Assembly: GCF_006345805.1 (NCBI RefSeq)
Contig: NC_042997.1
Span: forward strand, 33,480,001 to 33,544,000
Direction: 5' to 3'
Length of the DNA: 64,000 nucleotides
DNA from: Octopus sinensis
Lineage: Eukaryota
The translations under genes were made by a program, and so were the position numbers. The notes beneath the pieces were generated by a model that was not told where the DNA came from, did no database searches, and saw nothing but the letters and a program-made list of their open reading frames with translations. Positions within the stretch are counted from its first letter, which is position 1. Each line of letters begins with the position of its first letter. This document shows positions 38,447-52,321 of this stretch, piece after piece.

Positions 38447-39197
38447 TACAAGTTGTGTAAAAACTGTAGTGGTGTATGTGTATTTATATATATATATATA
38501 TATATACATATGCACACATGAGAACTAGAGTGATGATAGCAAGCTGGCATTCATTGATAAGATACTATTTGCTCCTCGGTGAATCAATGACAGTTTAGTC
38601 TGTATGTGTGCACATAAACGTGTATGTTTGTATTTACACATATGTTCATCTACAAATATGTCAGGTGGCACAAGAAACACCTGATCAAACCATCAACCAT
38701 TATAAACAGAAGCATGCACAAACATGCCAGTGGAGTATAACAGTTACTCTTTCCTCGTCCCACTACTACAACATCTAACCCCCATTCACCCCCTCCTCCA
38801 TATATTTGGCAGGCATCATTATTATAAACTCCTATCATTGTTTCCTTTTTTTTTCTTTTTCTTCCTTTTTCTATATCATCTTTCTTTCAATCTAAAAAGA
38901 GTTACTAAAATGTGTTTGATGTTTAGGAAGAAGAAAGATTAAATATTTTGGCCATAAGAAATTTGAAGAAAAAAATATCAATGTGTGTGTGTATGTGTGT
39001 GTGTTATATTCTTTACTAGTGCAATTATTCTTGTGTCACCAAGTAATTTATTTGCCCTATTAACTTCACTGGGTAGGAGCATAAGATTTGTGGCTTTCAT
39101 CTCTTCTCCATGAAATAGTTACAACTAGAACCAAGTCACATCACTGATTCAGATCGCTGAAAGCTTATAGCATAAAATTCAGTACTTGACATGCATG

Positions 39198-39268
<71 letters not shown>

Positions 39269-39275
39269 AATATAT

Positions 39276-39299
<24 letters not shown>

Positions 39300-39310
<11 letters not shown>

Positions 39311-40457
39311 CATACAAACACACATAAATACACAGGAATTCAGGAGCGTAAAAAGGAGAATAAGTGTTCAATATTTACAGTTGATTCATCCTTCTATCTG
39401 CTACCTGAACAAAAGCAGAAAGGGGAAAAAATCCTTGTGAATCATCAGTTTTAAAATATATATAAAATTCCTTTTGCTTCCCCCAAAGGCCAAAATTTTG
39501 ATATTCTCTGATACATTAAATCTCACTAAAGTAAACCCAAAATAAAGCTTTCTTAGTTTTTTTTTTTTTTTTTTAATCTTTTTCTTTACTTCAGTCATTT
39601 CATCTAGGGTTAAAAGGAGAATCTGTCAGTTTTGCCATTGAGTACTGAAGTTGCTCAATGAACTGAACTGCCTATTCATTGAAGCCTAATTACCAGTGGC
39701 TGAGTATTTCACGGGTGCTTGTAGCATTAGCATAAATCTCAGGCAGAATCAGTGTGACACCGTATGTATGACAAAGTTGGTTCCATTTGACAAGCTCCTA
39801 CATAGTTTTACACCCACCCCTTTTCACTTATAAGGGTTGGTTTGACCCGATGCTACGGTGCAATTCCCCGTATATATATACATATATATATATATACATA
39901 CAAACACACATAAATACACAGGAATTCAGGAGCGTAAAAAGGAGAATAAGTGTTCAATATTTACAGTTGATTCATCCTTCTATCTGCTACCTGAACAAAA
40001 GCAGAAAGGGGAAAAAATCCTTGTGAATCATCAGTTTTAAAATATATATAAAATTCCTTTTGCTTCCCCCAAAGGCCAAAATTTTGATATTCTCTGATAC
40101 ATTAAATCTCACTAAAGTAAACCCAAAATAAAGCTTTCTTAGTTTTTTTTTTTTTTTTTTTAATCTTTTTCTTTACTTCAGTCATTTCATCTAGGGTTAA
40201 AAAAGAGAATCTGTCAGTTTTGCCATTGAGTACTGAAGTTGCTCAATGAACTGAACTGCCTATTCATTGAAGCCTAATTACCAGTGGCTGAGTATTTCAC
40301 GGGTGCTTGTAGCATTAGCATAAATCTCAGGCAGAATCAGTGTGACACCGTATGTATGACAAAGTTGGTTCCATTTGACAAGCTCCTACATAGTTTTACA
40401 CCCACCCCTTTTCACTTATAAGGGTTGGTTTGACCCGATGCTACGGTGCAATTCCCC

Positions 40458-40470
<13 letters not shown>
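39300..40470. repeat. Tandem duplication, unit of about 587 bp x2
   Basis: 39311-39872 repeated at 39897-40460; differs in poly-T length and at least one base; junctions in (TA)n. Confidence 0.96.
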
Positions 40471-40498
<28 letters not shown>

Positions 40499-40675
40499 AT
40501 GAGTTTGACTGACTGAAATACATGTAAGAATATAAGAAGCGCAGAAGTAAATACTTTCTTCTCAGTCCTATGTAGCACCTACTGACGCTCTTGATTGAGC
40601 GTGTATACAAGTGGGTCTGTTTCCACATACAAGTGAATCTGTTGTACTTGTTGATTTAAAAAAAAATTTTTTTCT

Positions 40676-40681
40676 TTTATT
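40676..40681 (-). promoter_or_regulatory. Candidate AATAAA polyadenylation signal for ARL5
   Basis: AATAAA on minus strand about 570 bp after the stop; the motif is common in AT-rich DNA, so this is weak. Confidence 0.25.
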
Positions 40682-41244
40682 TCTTATTTCTATATTTTTA
40701 TCATCATAGGTCTTAGACATTTAAATTGATAAACAGACTAAAAGAAACAGAGAGATAGAGAGAGAACAATGTTTTGGCTTGTTACTTTTTTTGCAACAAA
40801 AAAAAAAAAAAAAAGGGAAAAATATTCTACAAGTAGAAAAGCAAATTTACAATAGGTATTACAAGAGGGGATGAAAACATTTTGCTGCTTCCCCAAATGC
40901 CAGTTTCTTCTTTTTTCCTCCAGTTGTTGTTGTTGTTGTTGTTGTTTGCCCCTGGAATTGATAGCCATAAAACAGGACGACAACGAATGGATTCCATGAT
41001 GGATTTAGTTTATACACAATTAGCAAGTTCTTCTTGTTCAGCAGGCTGCGACAGATAGCAGCCATAAACGGCAGCTAATAATGCTGCTGTGGCTGTGATG
41101 CCTATACTGATGGAGATGATGATGACAATGATGTTGATGATAGTAGTAGTGGTGATGGCGGTAGTAGTGGTGATGGCAATGATGATAATGATGATGTTTA
41201 TTATAATGAGAACAATGGGAAATGACATCCTACACACACAACTA

Positions 41245-41293
41245 TCATCTCCGCCAAAGTTGGTTTCCGAGCCAGTCAAGAGCTTGGTACAAC
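41245..41293 (-). CDS. ARL5: ARL5 last coding exon, (G)LYQALDWLGNQLWRR-stop
   Basis: Polypyrimidine tract + TAG acceptor at 41294-41295; phase 2 completes the Gly codon; matches the Arf C-terminal helix GLxxxLxWL; TGA followed by TAG; 49 bp. Confidence 0.93.
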
Positions 41294-41399
41294 CTACAAA
41301 GAAAGAAAAACAGAACAAACATTAAGTGGGGTGAAGCTGTTTGATAAGAGGAGGACTAAGGATGTGATATACCAAAATATATATATATGCATGCCTTTC

Positions 41400-41892
41400 C
41401 TCCCTTGGACACACAAAGACCTGTTGAGGCAAGCGAAGTCGATATCGAACCTCATCCGACGACAGGCACCTATGCCAACCCCCCTTTGCTTGCGAAGACC
41501 TGTTGGGGCAAGTGAAATCGGAATCGAAATTGAACCAATCCTATGACTGGCACTCGGCAGATGCCAGGACCCCTGGACTGGAGATACGTAAAAAGCGCTA
41601 TCCGAATCATGGCCGAAGCCAGTGCCGCCTCGACTGGCTTCCGTGCCGGTGGCACTTAAAATGCACCAATCCGACCGTGGCCGATGCCAGCCTCACCTGG
41701 CACCAGCACAGGTGGCACGTAAAAAGCACCCACTACACTCACGGAGTGGTTGGCGTTAGGAAGGGCATCCAGCTGTAGAAACATTGCCAGATAAGACCGG
41801 AGCCTGGTGCAGCCTTCTGGCTTCCCAGATGCCCAGTCGAACCGTCCAACCCATGCTAGCATGGAGAACGGACGTTAAACGATGATGATGAT
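41400..41892 (+). mobile_element. Family D retroposon
   Basis: Same tail and repeats as 37140-37626. Confidence 0.8.
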
Positions 41893-42189
41893 GATACCAA
41901 AATGCAAATCTATGGGAAACTACCACCTGTGTCATCTCTTGTGAAAGGTAGGAGAGTCCAGTTTGCTGGACATTGTTGTAGAGCTGAAAAAGAGGTAATT
42001 TCTACTCTCCTCCTCTGGAAGCCATCTACTTGCAATACCAGAGGGCGCACACTCTCCTACCCTGATGTGATCTCCAGGGATACGGGCATCCAGCAACAGG
42101 ACCTCCATAATGCCATAATGGACCGTGAAGTCTGGCGTAGCATAGTAAATTCCATTGTCTCGACCACGGTCGAACAATGATGATGATGA
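41893..42189 (+). mobile_element. RTE-clade LINE 3' fragment
   Basis: IYGKLPPVS...RRVQFAGHCCRA...LLLWKP...DTG...MDREVWRSIV; (TGA)n tail. Confidence 0.85.
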
Positions 42190-42500
42190 AGGATGTGATG
42201 GGAGTGCTGGGGTTGGAGGAATTGGTGGAATGGTTGGCAAGGGTCAATGGAGTGAGATGGTATGGGCATGTGTTGAGGAGGGATGAAGAGCATGTTCTGA
42301 GGAGGGCGATTGCATTTGAGGTAAATGGAGCGCAAAAGTGAGGGTAGACCAAAGAAAATGTGGAGGAGGAGATTGGGAAGGTTGGTTTGAAAAAGGTGGA
42401 TGCCCCAAACCTGGTGAGATGGTTGCTATGACAATGAGGTAGATCTGGCCACCCTCCTGATAACAGGGACAAAACCTGGATTTAAGACACTGGATGATGA
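42190..42500 (+). mobile_element. Second RTE-type LINE 3' fragment
   Basis: NGVRWYGHVLRRDEEHVLRRAIAFEV motif; ends in GATGATGA. Confidence 0.75.
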
Positions 42501-43056
42501 CAAAGTTAAAAGTTTGAAAAAAAAATTGTGAAAAAGAAATGAAAACATCAGAAGAAATAAAAGATTAATAACATATTAAGTGAACAATGATCTAAAATTA
42601 GAAAGATAACGACTTCAAACTAGACTTATTACACTTTTGTGCAACATATATCATTTTACATTTGTTTCTCTGTGCTTACATGGGTTGGATGGATCACTAG
42701 CAAAGCATCTCACAACTTGTCTTTTATCATACTCTTTATGAAGTTCAGTCTCCTAAGATCAACTTTCACCACTTCTCCCCATGTTTTCTTTGACCTTCCC
42801 TTTCTGCATGTTCCTTCCACATAACTTCATACACCTTTATGTAATCGTCATCTGCTAAATGCATCACATTCGTAGCAACTCAGTCTTCTCACTTGTACAT
42901 TCTTCAATTTTTCTTTCAGCTCATCTGTGCTATATAACTCGTGTATACAAATATTACACATCCAGAGAGCTGGGTTGGCTCCAATACTTTCCAGTCCTCA
43001 TATTTCTCCTGCATGCAATGCCCATTTTTCACTTCCATACAACAGCACACTTTGTA

Positions 43057-43650
43057 CAAGATCTGATCAATAAGTATTTGGACTGTTGCCATAGTAACAA
43101 ATCAAAAAATATGCAGAGTGAAGCCTCTTGGCAAAGACAGAACTTGAACTCTGCTGTGCATGCACACTGAATTTTAACATTCTAGCCCACTTCTGCTGTT
43201 TACAGCAATGCTTGTGAATGCTACATTGTGTAGCATCATCACATTGACCATGACAGAGAAGTTATCATGGCGATACCAGCTCAGAGGCCTGTGCAAAGTT
43301 ACAGAAAGAATATAGAAAGGAATGTATGAAGTGCACACTAGTATACGAGTGGTTCAGATGTTTCCAAGATGGCAAAAAAAAAATGTCGATATTGACGTTC
43401 TTGGAGACTTGCAATCAGCATAACTGAAATAAACATCACAGATGTGTGTGCAGTTGTGAGGGGAAATCATTGAATCACCATCCGTTAGTTATCAGAGGAT
43501 GTGCAGATTAGTTATGGTTCAGTTCAGTCCATTATCACTGAAGATTTGGGTACGAGATGTGTGTCTGCCAAGTTTGTGCCAAAACTGCTTTCAGCTGACC
43601 AAAAAGTCACAAAGGTTTCAGTTGCACAAGATCTCCTTGATTGACTTGAG
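43057..43650 (+). mobile_element. 5' half of a mariner-like element
   Basis: TA + TIR-like CAAGATCTGATCAATAAGTATTTGGACT; fragments VYEWFRCFQDG and ISYGSVQSIITEDLGTRCVSAKFVPKLLSADQK. Confidence 0.75.
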
Positions 43651-44790
43651 AACAATGTAATTATTACTCAACATGTCCATTAAAGTCACCAGCTGTGATG
43701 GCAAGATTGCCATTATCTACTATTCAGGTTATCTGCAGGAAGATCTCACAGAAACAGGCCTTTCACTCACCTGTCAGTTGCAGTTGTGATACAATACTGT
43801 TAGTATCATGTTGCCTCTTATTATAATAAAGATAATCACCAATAAACATCTTGCATACCAACAAAAGTCTCTCTACATTCTTATACTAATCACCATTAAA
43901 AGTCAATAAAGTCTACTGTAGATTTACCCTCCAATGTTGTATCACACTCTGTGTAAAACATGCAGATAACAGCCATTAAAAAAAAAATCAAAAAGTTAAT
44001 GTGTGATGACAGTGAAAGGTGCCTAATCAAAAGACCAAGGAAGATATGGGAAAACAGAGAAATAGGTGAGATCACATCTGAAAGTGCTTTGCCTTACAGA
44101 CAAAATTTCACAGGATCAGAGACTATAACAATATGCTGTGCTATAACCTTGACCAGTTAATGAAAAAAAACTAATGTGACGATGTTCTATGATCTGGTGC
44201 ATGAAGGTGAGGTGTAATGTTACAGACAACAGAGTTTAAACTGATTAAATATTCTACAGTTGATCAGTTTTTGAGTCCAACTCCTACAGATATTGAGTTA
44301 GTCTTTTGATCGCATCAAGGCCAATAATCCAAGTTCCTGGTAGTAATTATATTGTAATTATGACAATCCATTATCTTCACCACCATGATAACAAAAAATA
44401 AAAACCAGAGAAGGAAGCAACAAAGATGGTTCTTGTACCAACATTAGAAAGGCTTTCCCAAATGAATAGTGGTGTATTCTGGACATTTTCAGTAATGGAA
44501 AATAAATATTTCCTATACATCCTCACATAAAAATCAGGCATTAGCATTAATAAATCCTGCTAGAGTGGCAGAATCATTGAAGTATGAAGCAATTCATGGT
44601 CAATTTTTGTCTTTTGTCCTTCCAGCATTAATAAAATAAAGAACCTGCCAAGTACTGCAGTGGATGTAAATGACTAGCCTTCTCCACTCAAAAATTGCTA
44701 GTTTTTACATAGAGCTTAGAGGTAAAAGAACTACCAGATGCACTACAACCACCATCATCATCATTGTATATAACTTAGCGTTGAATATAT

Positions 44791-45193
44791 AGGCGCAGGA
44801 GTGGCTGTGTGGTAAGTAGCTTGTTTACGAACCACATGGTTCCGGGTTCAGTCCCACTGCGTGGCACCTTGGGCAAGGGTCTATTACTATAGCCTCGGGC
44901 AGACCAAAGCCTTGTGAGTGGATTTGGTAGACAGAAACTGAAAGAAGCCCGTCGTATATATGTATATATATAAATATATGCATGTGTGTGTTTGTGTGTC
45001 TGTGTTTGTCCCCCTAGCATTGCTTGACAACCGATGCTGGTGTGTTTATGTCCCCGTTACTTAGCGGTTCGGCAAAAGAGACCGATAGAATAAGTACTGG
45101 GCTTACAAAAGAATAAGTCCCGGGATCGAGTTGCTCGATTAAAGGTGGTGCTCCAGCATGGCTGCAGTCAAATGACTGAAACAAGTAAAAGAG
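44791..45193 (+). mobile_element. SINE family A, full length (last ARL5 intron)
   Basis: Complete copy. Confidence 0.9.
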
Positions 45194-45932
45194 GTGAGGT
45201 ACTAGAGCACTTTAAATATATGGTAGCATATGTTTATTTTGGTTACAAGATCTAATCCCAAAGTGGTCAAAATAATAAAGTAAAAGTAATGTCTGAGGAA
45301 GCTAGGGATCTGCATCAGTAAATAATGAGTACAAACAATTCTAATATGAAGTCAATTGGTTTGCCATGATGATGTAGAAAAGCATAACATTTTGGGTAGT
45401 GTAATGTTTGAGAGGGGAGGTAAAAAAATGTTTGTTTTTTTTTTCGTTGATACTGGAATAGACTGATTAGAAGAGAGAGAGAAAGAGAGAGAGTGAGAAA
45501 AACAAAAAGAAAATAGGGAATAAGACAGGGTAAAGTCACATGATAAAACATGCACTGACAGGACATAATAATCTAAGCGGAAAGATATTCAACAGGAAAT
45601 GCTGGAAGATTTAAAAAGCAATGTAAGGAGAGAGTAAAACTTAGAGGAAAGGAAGATAACTGAGAAAATAATCAATAAAAATGCTGTCAAATTTTATAAA
45701 TAATATATATTGTGGTCAGTTAAACCAAAACCTACCAAAACCTATGTAAATTTACCTGGTACCTCAAGTCAATGTGACCATCGTCTTTAAATTCTATCCC
45801 CATGCCACTTATTTTCACCAAATGGTCCTTTGTTCTCCAATAATCAGACTTGTACTCAAGTATGATTATTATCATTAATATTACTATAAGGATGCTAAGG
45901 TGGTAGAAATGGTAAATATACATACATATATA

Positions 45933-46095
45933 CGACGGGCTTCTTTCAGTTTCCGTCTACCAAATCTACTCACAAGGCTTTGGCCAGCCCGAGGCTATAG
46001 TAGAAGACACTTGCCCAAGGTGCCACTCAGTGGGACTGAACCCGGAACCATGTGGTTCGTAAGCAAGCTACTTACCACACAGCCACTCCTACACC
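45933..46095 (-). mobile_element. SINE family A, head half
   Basis: Head and core only. Confidence 0.85.
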
Positions 46096-46399
46096 TATGT
46101 GTATGTACGTGTTTATAAAATCACGTGCCACATGATAAATTAATCTGTTAATCAATAAATAAGAAAAGGATATAATTTATCCCCCACCCACACACTGACT
46201 GACCACATCCTCCTATTTACAGCATGCTTTGTAAGATACCAAACACTCCACAAACAAACACACACATGGCTCCAACACCATTCTCTCTACAGATCATGTC
46301 ACTCCAACCATACACCATTTTTTAAATATTGGGTAAAAAAAAAAGGATCAGCAGTATTTAGTGGACAATTTCGAGTCTTTTGTGTAGGGATCTACTTAC

Positions 46400-46551
46400 C
46401 CTTCGCCTGTAAGAGCACAGCAGGCCTGAATGTGCCATACGTGGTCCTTTATTGAGGTCAAATTGAGTTGTTGGGAGATCTCAGCAGCAGACATGGAGCC
46501 CTTGATGTCTTGTTTGTTAGCCAGAATCAACATGGCAGATTTACGCAAATC
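46400..46551 (-). CDS. ARL5: ARL5 coding exon (equivalent to exon 5), [51 protein letters not shown]
   Basis: Translated by hand (absent from the ORF track): G4 NKQD and G5 CCALTGEG motifs; TAG acceptor, GTAAGT donor; 152 bp. Confidence 0.96.
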
Positions 46552-46600
46552 CTAATAAGAAAGAGATGGAAGAAAATAATAAAAAATTGTGTGTATGTGC

Positions 46601-46637
<37 letters not shown>

Positions 46638-46964
46638 CACATTGCTTTATGTTGAACAAATGGGTGTTGCAGAAGATATGGGGGTTTTTTTTTTTATGAA
46701 ATTAAAACTGAGAATTTGTCTTGTAACTTGAGTTTCACACCTCTGCAACCTTGGAAACTTCAGTAGGAAGACAAATTCACACCTTAAGTTTCAATAAATA
46801 TATAACCGAAGAGACGGTGTGAATTTCGACCTCGGCATCTTGGCTATTGAATAATTGTCACATATTATTTTACAGATAAATTTCCTCTATTTACATAATA
46901 TTAAGGTCTCTTTCTTTCTTTTGTTATCTTACCGTTTTTACCAATATATATATATACACAGTGA

Positions 46965-47300
46965 AGGCGCATGGCTCAGTGGTTAGAGCATCGAGCTTAT
47001 GGTTGTGAGGTTGTGAGCTTGAATCCTGGACTGGGCTGTGTGTTGTGTTCTTGAGCAAGACACTTTATTTCACGTTGCTCCAGTTCACTCAGCTGTAGAA
47101 ATGAGTTGCGACGTCACAGGTGCCAAGCTGTATCGGCCTTTGCCTTTCCCTTACATAACACTGGTGGCATGGAGAGGGGAGGCCGGTATGCATGGGCGAC
47201 TGCTGGTCTTCCATAAAACCACCTTGCCCAGACTTGTGACTAGGAGGGTAACTTTCTAGGTGCAATCCCATGGTCAGTGTCGTGACCGAAGGGGGTCCCA
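46965..47300 (+). mobile_element. tRNA-derived SINE family C
   Basis: Similar to 19341-19660. Confidence 0.8.
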
Positions 47301-47343
47301 GATCCAGATATATACACACACACACATATAATGTTTGTATCTA

Positions 47344-48497
47344 CAAGGGAGAGTCAAAATTTATACACACTCTTGTTTTTTCAATGTATTTACAGAAAAG
47401 AAGGGAATAAACAAGTATGTCAATTTTCTATATAGTCTCCTTCCTTTTCAATGCACTTGGTCCAGCAATCCACGAGCTTGCATATTTCCTCCAAGAAGAA
47501 GGTTTCCAGTCGGTAATGCAACCGTTTATGCACCGTTTCCTTCACATCTCCATCCATGGGAAATCGACAACCTCGTAAACCATCTTTGAGTGGTCCAAAA
47601 ATATAGTTGGGAGGGGCAAAATCTGGGCTATAGGTTAATGGTTTCAACAGTCTGGGTGGCCATGTGTGGGCGTGCATTGTCATGCAACAACAAAACTTTC
47701 TTCAACAATAGGCTTCACTTTGGTGCAAAATGCTGGCTTCAGTTTGTTGGCCAGCAAAGCCCTGTATCTTGCACACCCCTTTCCCAGGTAGCCTTCCAGT
47801 ATAGGCCCTTTTGAGTCCCAAAAATGGGTTAGCATCACCTTTCCTGTAGAAGACTGACGCTCGAATTTCTTCATCACTGGTGAGCCAGGATGTTTCAACT
47901 CCATACTCTGTCTTTTGGATTCTGGCTCATAATGACAGCCCTACATTTCATCTGTGACCATTCTGCTCAAAAATTCCTCGTCCTCATTGTAGTGATCGAG
48001 TAAACATTGGCAGACCTCAAGACGTTTGTGTTTGTGCTCTGCAGTAAGCCCTCTTGGCACCCATCTTGCACAGATTTTATGGAAGCCAAGCTCATCATGG
48101 ATGATTTGATAGGTGGAACCATGACTAATCTACATAGAACGAGCTACCTCATCAATGATAACTTGCCAGTTCACCGTTATCATCTCTTGAGCTTGCTGAA
48201 TCTCCTTTGTCAGTGGTGAAAGCTGATGGTCATCCTGCTCCCTCTTTGCATTGTGCTAAAAGCCACCAAGGAATTTCAGCACCTGACACACCTTCTGACC
48301 AGAGAAATCAAATCACTGCTCTTTGTTCTTCTTTGGTGCATATTGCTAGTGGAGCCAGAAAGAAAAATGGTGCAATCAGGCTCAAACTTCAATCACTTGA
48401 CCACAATAGTACCAACAATAAGCACGCATACGCAGAAGGCAGTGTGACAATAATAAAGATATATTATGGCAAAAGTGCGGATAATTTTTGACTTCCC

Positions 48498-48501
<4 letters not shown>
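47344..48501 (-). mobile_element. mariner transposon (irritans-like), degraded
   Basis: TIRs AAGGGAGAGTCAAAATTTATACACAC / GTGCGGATAATTTTTGACTTCCCTT; fragments HYEPESKRQSME, GKVMLTHFWDSKG, LHDNARPH, YSPDFAP; frameshifted. Confidence 0.9.
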
Positions 48502-48568
<67 letters not shown>

Positions 48569-48593
48569 GGAGGGAGAGAGAGAGAGAGAGAGA

Positions 48594-48887
48594 GGCGCAA
48601 TGGCCCAGTGGTTAGGGCAGCGGAATCGCGGTTGTAGGATTGCGGTTTCGATTCCCAGACCAAGCGTTGTGAGTGTTTATTGAGCGAAAACACCAAAAGC
48701 TCCACGAGGCTCCGGCATGGGGTGGTGGCGATCCCTGCTGTACTCTTTCGCCACAACTTTCTCTCACTCTTTCTTCTGTTGGCCTGCTCGCTTAGCCAGC
48801 GGGGTGGCGTAATTTGAAGGCTAAAATAATGCGAAGCGCATTGTGACCAGCAATGTGAAACAACATCTGATAGCCTGGTCGGTCACG

Positions 48888-48890
<3 letters not shown>
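48594..48890 (+). mobile_element. tRNA-derived SINE (distinct family)
   Basis: GGCGCAATGGCCCAGTGGTTAGG...GGTTTCGATTCCC head; lies between microsatellites. Confidence 0.78.
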
Positions 48891-48961
<71 letters not shown>

Positions 48962-49486
48962 AAACCAAAAGAGAATCATATAATGATAACATATATTGGT
49001 AACCCCCATTTACAAAGAAAAACACTTTACATGAAGTGTGTACTGATGAGAGGAGTGTGTATGTCTCTGTTCCAGAATAACATTATTAGAGCAAGTATAA
49101 TACATCATTCTATTTGGACACTGGTATCATTAGATTCCTCAGAGATAATACCTTTATATACACTTTTTTCATTTTACTTTTTCACTCGTTTACAGGTTTC
49201 AGTCACTGCACTGTGTTCAAGGTTTCACATGACCATATTCTCAATTAATTAACTTTCTGCATAAAACAACCTGGTGCACGATTTTATATCAGTTTACACA
49301 GACACATTTCACAGGCTTCTGCACAATTTCTGTCTATCAGATTCCATCCACAAGATAGTATTCAACCCAACTGCAGCAGAAGTTTCAAGCAACGGGTTAA
49401 AAAACTGGAACTACGTGGCCACAGACATATACACACACACACAGAGATATTCTGTAAATAATAATAATAGTATTTTATAAGCTTAA

Positions 49487-49705
49487 CCCTTTAGTATTTA
49501 AACCGGCCATATCCAGCCAAAATATTTAATCTGTTTTATGTTCAAACTGACCAGATCCAGGCTCTCACACCTACCCTACAATGCTATTCTACATTAAGTA
49601 ATTGCACCATCAAGATCTTTAAGATATGAGATAATGCATGATTAATTCAAATCAATGGGAATCAATAAGCATTATGTTTGATAGAATAATCAGAACACTA
49701 AAGGG
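49487..49705 (+). mobile_element. piggyBac-type MITE (family 1)
   Basis: TTAA TSD and CCCTTTAG TIRs. Confidence 0.88.
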
Positions 49706-50604
49706 TTAAAGCTTATAAGCAATCACCACGCAATGACTAAAGAAAATAGTCTAATGAGGCATATAAGTCCTCGATGGAAAAAGGTTTTCTCATACATATG
49801 CTACTCAAACCCACACCTCTTTGTTTTCACGACAAGAATGCTACCATTATACTAACGCATGCAGTGTGTGTGTGTGTGTGTGTTCTCAAATTTTTTTGAA
49901 TCAACAATAGAGACACACCTAAAGAATATCCATGCCAGCTTTCCAAATTTGATATCTTAATTGGTTGTAGGTGTGCATGAAATGCTAAACTCTGTGTAAC
50001 TTGCCCAAGGTGCCATGCAGTGGGACTGAAATCAGAATCATATGGTTGGGAAGCTAACTTCCTACCACACAGCTGCACCTTGTAGCTTTCTCACAAGAAG
50101 AATCGAACACGGCATTGAAAAGCCCACCAAATATTTGTCAATACTTTTGTGATACTTCTGCTAGTTATTACAATCACCTACAATACCTATTCCCATTTAG
50201 TACTAGGTAAACTAAGCAGCAGTGAACTATGTATCTTGGCCAATGACGCTGTACAGTGTCAGAGTTAGGAAGCAAACAGTCAACCCTCTTGCTAATTATC
50301 TGGGACCCTACTGATTTCAGCCATCTGCTCTTCTTATGCTTTATTTATATACCCACCAATTTTAAATAAAGTCTGGTAATAGATGAGGATTGATAAATAA
50401 ATAAATAAATAAATACATTTACTTAGTTTATACAGTTGGCCTTAGAAATAACATTGAGTGTTAAACTAAATAAAATGTTTTATGTTTTTTTCTTTTTCTT
50501 AATTACAACCAGAGGCTGAAACAGAATATTCAGTTCAGAAGCAGATTGTCTCTTGAAGCAGGTCTTGATTTGTGACATATAGAAAATACATAACAAATGT
50601 AGTA

Positions 50605-51048
50605 TTGAAACTCCGACGTCTGGCAGCTGACTTGGCAGACACCCATAAAATTATCAACCATCGTACAAACAATAACTCTGAGCACCTTTTCAAACTCCAC
50701 CTGTCTGACACCCGTGGACATATTTACAAAGTCAGAAAACAGCACAGCTCCATTGACTTCAGGAAAGATTTTTTCACACTGAGAGTTGCTGAAGCATGGA
50801 ACAGCCTGCCGGCATCAGTTGTTAGTTGTCGGAGCACTGCATCCTTCAAAACTTCCATGCTTTCTGAGATTCGCCAACACTACACCTGATTTTCTCCCCT
50901 CCATACACACGCAAGCATGTATCTGACTCATACACTGTTCGCTTTCCAGACATTTTTACATTACTGCATATGCTTTATATGCACTTTCTGACAAGTTGTG
51001 GTGCACCTGAGCACTGTATACAAAAATTTCATTATTATTATTATTATT
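50605..51048 (+). mobile_element. CR1-clade LINE 3' fragment
   Basis: LRRL..DL..THKII...TRGH.YK...RKDFFTLRVAEAWNSLP..VV....SFK C-terminal signature; (ATT)n tail. Confidence 0.88.
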
Positions 51049-51089
51049 AGATACAAAGCCACAGCAAATAGCTTGAAATGTTGCATATT

Positions 51090-51430
51090 ATCTTAAGGCC
51101 TTGCGTGGCCAACACGTAGTTACACCTTGCCTAGGTTATGATTAACATTCTTCTCACCGCCTCTCCATACTGGCATTTGACATAGACCATACCTCCACCT
51201 TTGTTCATCACTCACTCATTCACCTCTACCCCCATCTCCAACCATCTGTCACTCTCACCTCACACCTTTATGAAACTCTCCACTCCTTACCCATCTGTCT
51301 CTCTTATGCTCATCTTGTACCTTGAGGATTTGCTCTGACACCCCATCACCACCATCTTCTTCCCAGCTACTCCCACCTATCCTTATACAATGTGGGGTAG
51401 TTATGTATCGCCTCAATAGCAAGACACCTG
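51090..51430 (-). mobile_element. Degraded RTE-like LINE fragment
   Basis: Purine-rich minus-strand remnant resembling post-RT RTE sequence; heavily mutated. Confidence 0.4.
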
Positions 51431-51454
51431 TGCTTGTCCTACCATATCGTATCT

Positions 51455-51862
51455 CTTTATTGCCCACAAGGGGCTAAACATAGAAGAGACAAACAAGGAC
51501 AGACAAAGGGATTAAGTCGATTACCTCAACCCCAGTGTGTAACTGGTACTTAATTTATCAACCCCGAAAGGATGAAAGTCAACCTCAGCAGAATTTGAAC
51601 TCAGAACATAATGGTAAACGAAATACCTATTTCTTTACTACCCACAAGGGGCTAAACACAGAGAGGACAAACAAGGACAGACAAACAGATTAAGTCGATT
51701 ATATCGACCCCAGTGCGTAACTAACTGGTACTTATTTAATCGACCCCGAAAGGATGAAAAGCAAAGTCGACCTTGGAGGAATTTGAACTCAGAACATAGC
51801 AGCAGACGAAATATCACTAAGCATTTCGCCCAGCGTGCTAACGTTTCTGCCAGCTCGCCGCC
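51455..51862 (-). mobile_element. SINE family B with duplicated body
   Basis: Two units behind one head. Confidence 0.85.
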
Positions 51863-52321
51863 TTGAATATGGTCCTTCTACCATATCTTAACACTGCAAT
51901 ACATGGCATAAATCCACCTTCCTCTCTCAAATACTTGACCCCACACACACTCAGTTGAAAGGGCATTTTCTTTTTTTCTTCGTTTCCTGTTTTGCAAGTC
52001 CAGTAACCTCATTAGTACCAATGGTATATAAAGAGCACCTAGTACACTCTGTAAAGTGGTTTGACATTAGGAGGGGCATCCAGCCAGAGAAACCCTGCCA
52101 AAACAGACACAAGAGCTCAACAGTCCTGCAATTCACTGGATCCTCTCAAACTGTCCACCCATGCCGGCAATGAAAATGAATGTTTTAAACTATGATGACG
52201 ATGACAACAATGCATACAAGGAAATGGCTTTCACACAGATGGCTAAGTGCAAGGGTTGGCTTCCATTATAGGCATTACTTTCTACCTCTAACAAAGACAT
52301 TACATTCTTTTAACAGCCTAG

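Noticed and set aside
41010-41325. Poly-Ile/Thr and Met/Val-rich ORFs overlapping the ARL5 last exon
   Set aside because: Derived from a degenerate triplet repeat in the 3' UTR; the spliced ARL5 frame stops at 41245
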